Program-made: the position numbers and the translations under genes
Part shown: positions 24,415 through 35,730 of the stretch, in pieces
Layout: the number at the start of each line of letters is the position of its first letter
How positions within the stretch are numbered: position 1 is the first letter of the stretch
The notes under the pieces: model-generated
Databases searched by the model: none
The model's input: the letters and a program-made list of their open reading frames with translations, nothing else
Told to the model about the DNA's origin: nothing
Origin: Camelus ferus
Lineage: Eukaryota
Reading direction: 5' to 3'
NCBI RefSeq assembly: GCF_009834535.1
Contig: NC_045696.1
Location: 22,570,001 to 22,634,000 of the forward strand
Length of the DNA: 64,000 nt

Positions 24415-24713
24415 TTTCCATTGTATCAAAAAGAACAAAATACCTAGAAATAAACTTAACCAAGGAGGTTACCTGTATTCTGAAAACTATAAAACACTGA
24501 TGAAGGAAATTGAAGATGACACAAAGAAATGGAAAGATCTTGTGCTCTTGGATTGGAAGAATCAACATTTTCAAAATGGCCACACTACCCAAAGCAATCT
24601 ACAGAGCCAATGCAACCCCTGTCAAAATACTCACGATGTTTTTCACAGAACTAAAACAAACAATTCCAGAATTTATTTGGAACCATAAAAGACCCCGAAT
24701 TGAAAAGCAATCT
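24415..24713 (+). mobile_element. L1 ORF2 fragment (end of RT / thumb region)
   Basis: Translates [22 protein letters not shown] / [29 protein letters not shown], frameshifted. Confidence 0.9.
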
Positions 24714-25314
24714 TTTGTAGGTCTTTCTTTTTTTCTCCTTCTTTGTTTTGTTCTTTTTTCTTACGGTCTGATGATTAGAGAAGTTCCTTTAACATTTGTT
24801 GTAAAGCTGGTTTGGTGGTGCTAAGTTCTTTTAGCTTTCGTTTATCTGTGATACTTGATTTCTCCATCAAATCTGAATGAGAGACTTGCTGGATAGAGTA
24901 TTCTTGGTTGTAAGTTTTCCTCTTTCATTACTTTAAATATATCGTGCCACTCCCTTCTGGCCTGTAGAGTGTCTGCTGAAAAATCAGCTGATAACCTTAT
25001 GGGAGTTCCCTTGTATGTTATTTGTTGCTTTTCTCTTGCTAATTTTAATATTTTCTCCTTATCCTTAATTTTTGTCAATTTGATGACTATGTGCTTTGGT
25101 TTGTTTCTCTTTGAGTTGATCCTGTGCACTTCCTGGACTTGGGTGACTGTTCCCTTTTCCAAGTAATGGAAATTTTCAGTTATTATTGCTTCAAATATTT
25201 TCTCAGGTCCTTTCTCTCTCTCTCCTCTTCCTGGAACCCCTATAATGCGAATATTAGTGGGCTTCATGTTGTCCCAGAGTTCTCTTAAACTATCCTTATT
25301 TCTTTTCATTCTTT

Positions 25315-25476
25315 GTTGTTGTTGATGTTGTTGTTGTGTGGTTTTTTTTTGGGGGGGTTATTAGGTTTGTTTGTTTATTTGTTTATTTATTTATTTATTT
25401 ATTTATTTAAATGGAAGTACTGGGGATTGAACCCAGGACCTTGTGCATATGCTAAGCATGTACTCTACCCTCCCCC
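25315..25476 (-). mobile_element. Vic-1-type camelid tRNA-derived SINE inserted in L1 ORF1
   Basis: Reverse complement reads ggggagggtagagtacatgcttagcatatgcacaaggtcctgggttcaatccccagtac. TSD TCATTCTTT at 25306-25314 and 25477-25485. Confidence 0.85.
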
Positions 25477-25634
25477 TCATTCTTTTTTCTTTTTTCTGTT
25501 CTACAGTAGCAGTTTCCACTAATCCATCTTCTAGCTCACTAATCCATTCTTCTGCCTCATTTAGTCTATTCTTGGTTTCTTCTAGTGTGTTATTCATTTC
25601 AGTGATTTTATTCTTCATCTCTGTTTGGGTATTC

Positions 25635-25745
25635 ATTATATTTTATATTTATATTCTTTATATATTTTTATATATATATATATATATATAGGTATTCTTT
25701 ATATTTTTATATTTATTCTTCATCTCTGGGTATTCTTTATATTTT
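25635..25745. repeat. (TA)n / AT-rich slippage expansion inside L1 ORF1
   Basis: (TA)n at ~25669-25690 with a duplicated tattcttcatctctg...gggtattc block on both sides. Confidence 0.8.
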
Positions 25746-27489
25746 CCAACTCTTTGCTAAAACTTTGTTCTGTGCATCTGTACTCATTTTGAGTTCTCTG
25801 AACATCTTCACCATCATTACTTTAAACACTTTCTTGTATAAATTGCCTATCCTCTCATCACTTACTTCTTCTTGTGGAATTTTATCTTGTGCCTTGGCCT
25901 GGGAGATATTCCTTGGCTGCCTCATATTGTCTATCTTTCTATTTGTATTTTTAGGTAGGTTAGTTACGTTTCTCAACCAAGGAAATATGGCTTTCTGTGG
26001 GAGATGTCCTATGTGTCCCAGCAGTACACTCCTCTGTTGTCACCCAAGGGCCAAGGTCCAGCCAGTCTCAGTGTAGAGTCTATCCTGTGTTTGTGGATTC
26101 CTTCCACAGGCTTTGGAATTGTTGTTTTCTTATTTCTGGTACCTGCCTCCTGGTGGATGAGGCTGAACTAGAGGCTTATGCAGGTTTCCTGTCAGGAGGA
26201 GTTTGTGCCTGCCCACTGTTCAGTGAAGCTTGGTCCTTGACCTCTGGTGGGTAGGGCCAGAGGCATTTGTGGCTCAGGAAGTTTGCTGATGGGTGCGGCT
26301 TTATTCCCACCTAGTATGTTGTTTGGCTTGAGGCTTCCCAGTCCTTAAGCCTACAGGCTATTGAGTAGGGTTAGGTCTTGGTGCTAATGATTCAATCAAG
26401 ATGTCAGCCTCCAGGAAAGCTCATGTAGATGAACACTCCTGGATTGTCCACCACCAGCTTTTATGTCCCCTCGGTGAACTGCAGCTGTCCCCTACCTCTC
26501 CAGGAGATCCTCCAAAACCAGCAGGCAGGTCTGGCCCAGGGTCCTATAAAATCACTGCCTCTGCCCTTGGACCTGGTGCACAGGAGATTCTGTGTATCCT
26601 TCCCAAGAGAATGAAGTCTCTGTTTCCTCCAATCCTGTGGGGCTTCTGGGGTTAAGCCCCACTGGCTTTTAAAACCGGATGTCCTGGGGTCTCCTTCTCC
26701 TCTCAATGCCAGAACCCCAGGCTAGGGAGCCTGATGTGGGGCTTAGAACTCTCACTCCTGTAGGAGGGCCTCTGTGACTTAATTATTCTTCAGCTTGTGG
26801 GTTGCCCACCCTGGGGGTATGAGGCTCAATTCTATTGTGAGTACGCCCCTCCTACCATCCTGCTGTGGTTCCCTCTTTATGTTTTCAACTGAAGAAGATC
26901 TTTTTTGCTAGGTTCCAGTCTTTTTTTTTTTTTTTTCTATGGTTGTTTAGCAGTTAGTTGTGGTTTTGCTGTAGTTGCAAGGAGAGGCGAGCTTGTGGTC
27001 CTATTACACCATCTTGACGGGACCCTGTAGGAGTGATTTTTAATTGATCTCAGTTTTCAGAAAAGACATAGTGATACAATAATTTGATTTACATTAAATT
27101 AAGAGAAAAGAAATTAAGCTCCATGTTATATACTCAGATGTTTCCTTTTGTCTGAAATGCTATGCCAATCTGAGGAATCTGACAAAATTTCATTTAATTT
27201 TTAAAACGAATTCAAATGACATCTCCTCTTTCCCACTCAAGTAATCTCTTTTTGTTCAAACCACCAACTGAGTACTCTTTACACTTCATCAGCTAAACCA
27301 TATGTTTATCTGGTTCCCATGTAGACCATGCTTTCCTCCAAAATGTCATGTCCTAGCTTTGTGTGGCCAGCACTTACCTAATTTTTGCTGAATAAATGGA
27401 TAAGGGCTGAAGTCCCAAGGGGATTACTATTTTTAACTTTATTTCTTATTAGTTTGCATGCTAATTGTTTTACGTTTTAAAAATAGATT

Positions 27490-27643
27490 AATTTATTTAA
27501 TTTTTATTTCATTTATTTTTTGAAGAGGGGGAGATAATTAGGTTTATTTATTTACTAATTTTTTTAATGGAGGTACTAAGGTTGAACCCAGGACCTTGTG
27601 CATGCTAAATGTGCACTCTACCACTGAGTTATTACCCTCCCCC
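27490..27643 (-). mobile_element. Vic-1-type SINE, near full length
   Basis: Reverse complement GGGGAGGGTAATAACTCAGTGGTAGAGTGCACATTTAGCATGCACAAGGTCCTGGGTTCAACC has A- and B-box-like motifs, followed by AAATAAACCTAATTATCTCCCCC and an A tail. Confidence 0.88.
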
Positions 27644-29495
27644 GTCAAGGGGATTATTAATAAAATAGGTAGAAGAGGGAGGAGCAGTGATGAAGTCCAC
27701 ATAACATCCATAGTGAATTTGTAGGCCATATATGATCACAGCCATCATCGTTAGGAGCCTGGGAAAATAAAAAGAACTGGGATGAAGACTGGTTTTCTTC
27801 CTGAACTGATCACCTGCTGCCTGCAGCGTTCTAGAAAAATGGGTAAAAAAAATCAATTTTGAGTTAATGTGTGGAGGGTAGGAGTGGAGAACAACGCTCA
27901 TTTCAGTCACTAAAGCTGATTGAGAGTGTGATCAGTGCTCAGGGCAGAAAATCACTCCAAATTACCTGAAAACATATTATTACCCAAGCCCCAAATAAGG
28001 CCAAGCCTAATGCAATAGGAAGTACATTTCAAATAGATTCGTATATCTATCCATCTGCCTCAATCTAATTTACCATTTGCAATTATAAGCATTTCATTAA
28101 TCGGTCAACAAGGCATATTTATAAGGCACATTAATTCATAGCTTACAATGGTAAACTGACTTATTTTAAAGTCAACCTTGATATCTGAGCAAGGAAAAGC
28201 TAACGCTGTTTATTCCAGTGCTCGGTTTTATATTAAAGTGTTGGATTGCGAATTAGGTTTAAGATGTAAGTCAACCAGTATGTTAATAAATGCTTTAGTT
28301 TATTATTAATAGTTTAAAGAGGTGAATTGTTGATTGAGTCTAAATGATATATGATAGATGTAACATGAATATCAACGTTTTAAAAATGCAGGCAATAGAA
28401 GAACATGATTAAAATTAATCTTTCATGTTAGCAGGTTGGCTTCCTGTCTGTTATGTCTGTGAAATATGATCATAATATCTTGCTATTTCTAAGAGTCAAG
28501 TTTTAAGACACATAATCAGGAGAAATGATACAATTTTTAAGTTCCTAGAGGCATTTGCAGCCAACTATTCTGTAATATTTAAATGACTGAATAAGCATTT
28601 TGGATATGATAATATAATCCTGGTTTCCTGCACCTGTGAATTACAAGTCTAAAGTGTGTGACTGAAGATGAATAATTATCTCAAAACAAATGGATACTCT
28701 TTTCAATGTAATCACACAGAAGCTTTCTTTTTTTGGTCTAAACGTCTGCTGATACCAGGATAATTGTGAATTTCTGTGTTAGTATATGAGTTTCCTCTTC
28801 AAGCTCTCATTTGTTAAATTGAGCCAAAAACAAGGTCTTATTCTCTTGGATGCTTTCTATTGTTACATTTTTCATCTTTTCCTGCCTTTCTGAGCCAAAA
28901 AAGAGTTCTCAGGCATTCTTTTACCTAACCTGACATTGACCATCTAATTAAGTTTGAAAAATATTATCAGAAGCATAATCAATGTTTGCTGAAACTCCCA
29001 TGTCCTAACAGCTAATCCAAAACCTCATGATTCAATAGCAGATCTTACCTGATAATTATAACCCTACCACTATATTAAAGGCAGCCAGAAACATGTAAAT
29101 CTGATTTCATATTTTCCATCCAGCAGTGTTACATACAATTAGCTTCTAGTGCCTGGAGCTTTAGCAAAAATATTGATTAACTTTCAAACAATGCTATGGA
29201 TAGTAAAGTGTTGAATTTTGCTGCAGGTGAAATGTGTCCTGTCAAATAATAATCAGCCAATTCACCTGTGTATTTGAGGAAAGAATTCACATTTGGCAGA
29301 TCATAAACCAACATAGACATTAATATTGATTTGAGTATTCTTACTTGTTTTAACACTTATCACACACATTTTTAGGAACACCCTGGCCTTGGATATTTAT
29401 TCACATTAATATTACTATACACATTCCTTCAATTAAGAGATACCCTAATAACAATTACTGTGCTCATTTTCCCACCTGGGAAGCAAAATGGCCAA

Positions 29496-30390
29496 TTAAA
29501 AAAAAATTGAAGTATAGTTGGTTTACAATGTTGTGTTAATTTCTGGTGTACAGTATAGTGATTTAGTTATACACATATTTATATTCTTTTTCATATTCTT
29601 TTTCATTATAGGCTATTACAAGGTATTGAATATAGTTCCTTATGCTATATAGTGGAAACTTGCTGATTATCTATTTTATATATAGTAGTTAGTATCAATA
29701 AATCCTAAACTCCCAATTTATCCCTCTGTCCCCCCACCTTTCCCCCCAGTAACCACAATTTCTCTATGTCTCTGAGTCTATTTCCATTTCATAAATAAGT
29801 TCATTTGTCTCATTTTTTAAAATATTTCACCTATAAGTGATATCTTATGGTACTTTTCTTTCCCTTTCTGGCTTACTTCACTTAGAATGACAATCTCCAG
29901 GTCCATCCATGTTGCTGCAAATGGCATTATTTTATTCCTTTTTATGGCTAAGTAGTATTCCATTGTATAAATATACCACAACTTCTTTATCCAGTCATCT
30001 GTCAATGGACATTTAGGTTGTTTCCATGTCTTGGCTATTGTAAATAGTACTGCTGTGGACATTGGGATGCATGTATCTTTTCAAATTAGAGTTTTCTTCT
30101 AATATGTGCCCAGGAATGAGACTGCTGGATCATATATTAAATCTATTTTTAATTTTTTAAGGAATCTCCATACTGTTTTTCACAATGGCTGCACCAAATT
30201 ATATTCCCACCAGCAGTGCAGGAGGGTTCCCTTTTCTCTACACCCTCTCCAGGTTTATCATTTGTGGACTTTTAAATGATGGCCATTCTGACTGGTGTGA
30301 CTGGTGTGAGGCAACACCTCACTGTAGTTTTGACTTGCATTTCTCTGCTAATTAGCAATATTGAGCATTTTTTCATGTGCCTGTTGGCCA
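29496..30390 (-). mobile_element. 5'-truncated L1 (ORF2 C-terminus plus 3'UTR)
   Basis: ORF 29817-30062 reads [12 protein letters not shown]...[14 protein letters not shown]. Degenerate TSD CAAA(A/G)TGGCCAA at 29484-29495 and 30391-30402. Confidence 0.92.
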
Positions 30391-32332
30391 CAAAGTGGCC
30401 AAGTTTTAAAACCATCCTGAACATATTATCCAGTCCAAACAGTATCTACTGAAGAATGTTAAGATGTTATTGCAGAGGCTACTGGGAAAAACAGACCTTG
30501 CTGTAAGAATTTTCAGGCTATAAATTGGCTTGGGGTGGCAGGTGAGTCGTTTTATCCTCTCTGGATTTCAGCCAGTACAAAGTGAAGTGTCTGCACTAGA
30601 TCATCTCCAAAGTCATTTCCAGTTACAGGAGGAAAAACATTCAAAACACATAAATTCTAATTTTCAAGCCATTTGATTCAGCCTCACTTTTTCTGTTGAA
30701 TTATTTGGCATGTTTTTAAGAATTGCCATTTAATTAGTCATTAAAGTGAATACTGTTCTTCAGCCCCGGTTGACTTGGTTATGACAACCTACTTCTTTGT
30801 GACTTTTTCTTCCTAACTTAACCAAAACACAAGGAGATTCCGTGTGTTACATAAGGGAATAAATATGGAAATAAACAAAATATCTAGTACTCCTAATTAA
30901 GACCTCCTCTCAGGAAGACAGAGTTGTACCTTGTGGCTCTGTTTTGATAATCCAGAAATGCAGAGAGTAACTTGTAGGGGTCAAGTATTCAGATAGCTCT
31001 ACAACTAATTCACGTAACCACAACCAAGTTGGAACATTTATTTTCCAAAAGCTTTTGGGTAAAGCTCTGAATTGCTACCATTTTACCTCTAGAGACCATT
31101 TTACCTCTAGAGAACAGAACATTTTCTTAATATTACAAGCAATTTCACTAAAAAGCACTTAATACCCACAATAAACTATATCACAAATGGCTAAGCCAAG
31201 AATATAGATTTAGGGAAGCTTATGACCTTGTCATTATCAGGTACAAAGGAAGAAGGCAATTTCTTTGTGTTTAATTGCATTTAAATTTTACACCACAACA
31301 GTTGAAATGAGAATTGTTAGTCATTTAAAGAGGCACTTTACAGATTAATTTAAGGACATATACTTGGACTATTTAGAGAGGCCTAAAAAATAATAAAAGG
31401 GAGTTTTATTTGGAAAAATCCCTCACTTCTTTGCAGCCCATATCAGAATCTATTACTGCAGCTCTGTGCTGGATGAATAGGTTTGTGTGGGCACAGAGAG
31501 AAGGGGCTGGCATTTACCCAGAGGCCTTTCCATTTTCTAAAATTGAAAACCCTCTCAGTCACCGTAAATTAAGTTTAATTTAAATAATGTGATATCAACT
31601 ATCTACAAACAATAACTAAATTGTATAAGGGGGTAAAAAGACAAAATGAGAGTAAGACAAAGTGTTAAAGAGCTGAAAATCCCTTCTAAAACAAATAAAC
31701 AAAAACCCAAACTGAAATCATGAAGCTCTTAAGATGGTGTGTTAGTAATTTGGGTTTATTCCTCACGCACCAGCCAAGCTCCAAATTATAAAGTGCACTT
31801 GGACAGCACCAGCCTCAGGGTCATGGAACCAGATCTTTTCCCCTTGATTCTGATGCTGACTTTCTGAGAGACATGAAGCAAACTTCAAGGAAATTGAAAA
31901 GGAAGACAGCTGGGGAGGAGGAGGAGGAGAATGAGGAAAAAAATGGGGAGAAAAAAGGAAGAATGGGAGGTGGTGGATGGTTGGTGGTAAGGGAATATCT
32001 GTATAGTACAGAAGAAACCCAGACAAAGAGAAAAAACTCAAAAAAAAAAAAAAAAAGAAAAAGAAAAGTCATTCAGATGCTTTTGGGTTCTTACCTCTGT
32101 ACATTCCAGAAGATTTAGAAAAGCAAGCAGCAGTGGGAGCTTATGTTATGCAATTTCTTCCTAGAAAGAATTTACCATCTTAGAAATCAGGAAATTTGGC
32201 TTACTTGAAGTCGTCATTATTATTTTTCTGGAAATGTGAGACTCTAACTTGTTTATGGCCTATAAATACTGTGTTCAACATCAAATGTGTACTTCCATTT
32301 AGTCAAGTTTATGCTATTAGGACACTAAAATA

Positions 32333-34295
32333 TAGGCATGCCTTGGAGATATTGTGGGTTTGGTTCCAGACCATTGCAATAAAGCAAATGTCACAATAAA
32401 GCAAGTCACACAAATTGTTAGGTTTCTCAATGAATATAAAAGTTATGTTTACTGTAGTCTGTTCAACTTGTAATAGCATTATATATAAAAACACTACATA
32501 TATACCTTAATTAAAAAAACTATATTGCTAAAAATTGCTAACCATCATCTGAGTCTTCAGTGAATTGTCATCCTTCTGCTGGTGGAGGGTCTTGCCTCAA
32601 TGTTGATGGCTGCTGACTGATCAGGATGGTATTTGCTGAAGGCTGAGGTGTCTGTGATGATTTCTTAAAATAAGACTACAGTGAAATTTGCCACATCAAT
32701 TACTCTTCACTTCATGAACAGTTTCTCTGTAGCATGTATGATGTTTGATAGCATTTTACCCACAGTAGAACTTCTTTCAAAATTGGAGTCATCCTCTCAA
32801 ACCCGGTGTTGCTTTATCAACTGTTTATTTAGTATTTTAAATCCTTTGTTCTCATTTCAGCAGTCTTCACACCACCTTCACCAGGACTAGATTCCATCTC
32901 AAGAAACCACTTTCTTTGCTCATCCATGAGAAGCAACTCCTCATCCGTTAGAGTTTAATCATGAGATTGCAGCAATTCAGTCACATCTTTAGGCTCCATT
33001 TCTAATTCTTATTCTCTTGCTATTTCCACCACATCTGCAGTTACTTCCTTCACTGAAATCTTGAACACCTCAAACTTGTTCACTTCTTCCCATGAATCAC
33101 AAATATCCTTAATGGCATCTAGAATGGCGAATCCTTCCCAGAAGATTTTCAGTTTACTTTGCTGAGATCCATCAGAGGACTCACTATCCATAGCAGCTCT
33201 AGCCTTACTAAATGTATTTTTAAATAATAAGACTTGAAAGTTGAGATGAATTCTTGATCCATGGGCTACAGAATGGTGTGTTAGCAGGCATGAAAACAAC
33301 ATTAATCTCATTGTAAATCTCCGTCAGAGCTCTTGAGTGACCAGATGTGTTGTCCGTGAGCATTCATATTTTGAAAGGAGTCTTTTTTCTGAATAGTAGG
33401 TCTCAATACTTGGCTTAAAATATTTGGTAAACCATATTGTAAACAGATGGGTTGTCATCCAGGCTTTGTTGGTCCATTAAAAGAGCACAGGCAGAACAGA
33501 GTTAGCATAATTCTTAAGAGTCTTAGGATTGTCAGAATTATAAATGAGCACTGGCTTTAACTCAAATAAAGCCCACATTATCCCCTATCAAGAGAGTCAG
33601 CCTGTTCTTTGAAGCTTTGTAGCCAATCATTGACTTCTCCTCTCTAGCTATGAAAGTCCAAGACAGTATCTTCCAATATAAGGCTGTTTCACCTACAATA
33701 AAAATCTGTTGTTTGTTGTAACCACCTTCATTAATGATCTGAGCTAGATTTTCTGGAGAACTTGCTGCAGCTTCTACATCAGCACTTGCTGCTTCACCTT
33801 GCATTTTTACGTTATGGAGATGGCTTCTTTTCTTAAACCACATAAACCAAATTCTGCCAGCTTTAAACTTTTCTTCTACAGCTTCCTCACTTCTCTCGGC
33901 CTTCAGAGGATTAAAGAGAGTTAGGGCCTTACTCTGAGTTAGGCTTAGGCTTAAGGGAATGTTGTGGCTGGCTTGATCTTCTATCCAGACCCTAAAACTT
34001 TTCCCATATCAGCAATAAGGCTTTTTCACTTTCTTATCATCCATGTGTTCAGTGGAACAGCACTTTGAATTTCCTTCAAGAGCTTTTCCTTTGCCTTCAC
34101 AACTTGGCTAAGTGTTTGGCACAAGAGGTCTTGTTTTCAGCCCATGTTGGCTTTGGACATGCCTTCCTCACTAAGCTTAGTCATTTCTGACTTTTGATTG
34201 AAAGTGAGAGACGTGTGTATGTTTCTTACACTTGAACACTTGGAGGCCGTTTGTGAAGTTATTAATTGGCCAAATTGTAACATTGTGTCTCAGAT
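32333..34295 (-). mobile_element. Tigger1 (TcMar/pogo) DNA transposon, ~2 kb, 5' end missing
   Basis: TA plus the terminal repeat (c>t)aggcatgccttggagatattg at 32331-32352. Transposase remnants [25 protein letters not shown]...ETALYWK (33562-33843) and [24 protein letters not shown] (33009-33311). Confidence 0.93.
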
Positions 34296-35416
34296 AGAAG
34301 AGAATATGTGAAAGGAACGTAGGAGAGATTATCTTGAAAGAAAAGTAAAGGGTAAATTTTAAAGAGAAGCAAAATTTAAAATACACTCAGTAAACCTGAA
34401 AATGCAATGTAACTTATGTGCCTAATTATTTGCATGTCTCTGTGTGCCTTAATTTATTTTAAAATATTCTAAAATGCCTATGATAACATTATTTTTACAA
34501 AGATCTGGGCATTTGATCTTAGGAAGAACAAAGGTGCATGCATGTTTTTGCAAGATTGGTCTGTCCACTCTATGGGGGGTTCTCTTTTGAGAATTTTCAC
34601 CCAAATCACATTTCCCCCCACTTGTCTAAGTGAACTGTACATATAGAGGAGAAAAGTGGTCCTTGAGGAGAGCACTGTGATATGTGGGGTCTCAGAGGTC
34701 ATGCGGTACAGCATAAAGATGGAGCTGGGCAGACTCTTAACCTCTCCCTTTTATGGTACCAGGATGGGACAGGTTTGGCGACCAATGTGTAGTGACCCCT
34801 TAAAAAATGAACTGACCTGGGCATTTATTTGTTGGTAAAAATTAGTTTTTATCCTTACAACATTTATAACTCTAAAAAGCGGGTGAGATAAATTGTCTTT
34901 GAAAAGGCACAAACACAGTCAATCTTACCAAACTTTTTGGGGAAAAAATATGGTTTCCCCTAATTTCTTTCTTCCCATACATCTCCATTCCTTTACCTCT
35001 AGAAGAAGTGTAACTCTGAAAACTCAATGGATATATACATAATATACATTTATTGCCCAAAACATAGATATTTGTTAAAAATTTTTTTACCCATCTTCTC
35101 ACTATCCAGAGGTACGCACTGGAGACATTTTGGTATGTTTTCTTTCAATTGTGTATTTATCTATCTTTTTACAGCCTCACAAAATTGTATGCTTCTGTAC
35201 ATATGGATTTACACCAGGGCTTATATCTTGTCTTTGCATCATGATTATGTGCTTAGAGAAGTTTATTTCTATAGGTTCAGAGGTATTTACTGGGAAACAG
35301 AGTAATAAGGAGCCCATCACACTGCAGGAAATAAATGGAAGGGGAAGCAGGCAGATGGAGGGATGTATGTTAAATGATGCTGGAAATAAGCAAGGTTAGA
35401 GTCATTAACGCAGATT

Positions 35417-35730
35417 AGAGCTTGTAAACTGATGACTTGGAGCCACATCTGATCTGCAAATGTTTTTGGTTTAGTTCATAGAGTGTTTTTTTTTAATTGA
35501 GTTAATGACCAATTTTATATCTTGATAGATTTCACATATGAAATCTGATGTTGCATTGTGGAAAAGCTAGAAAACTGGCTAATCAACGGCCACATTGCTA
35601 CATGGCAAATATTGGTGGGCGTCGACAGTGGCTACTCAGTGAGATGGAGCATGTGTTCTCTCATCTACTCATCGCTTCATGTCAACTTGACTTCTGTAGA
35701 TCTTTGAATGTGCAAAATGATAGGCCAGTC
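35417..35730 (+). mobile_element. MER102-like hAT-Charlie element
   Basis: gcttgtaaactgatg...tgtttttggtttag...gatttcacatatgaaatctg...cacattgctacatggcaaa matches the recalled MER102 layout. Confidence 0.65.

Larger units (their letters stand above)
24714..27027 (-). mobile_element. L1 5'UTR plus ORF1 (disrupted)
   Basis: ORF1 pieces at 25737-25976, 25403-25636 and 24842-25309 (NIRIIGVP...IRLSADFS...ARREW...PRILYPA). The 5' terminus agggtcccgtcaagatggtg carries a YY1-type CAAGATGG motif near 27010-27017. Confidence 0.92.

Noticed and set aside
25997..26706. Several 60-85 aa ORFs
   Set aside because: They lie within the GC-richer L1 5'UTR and show no independent gene features.
31873..32118. 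Basic/acidic 81-aa plus-strand ORF
   Set aside because: It arises from purine-rich low-complexity sequence and a poly(A) run.
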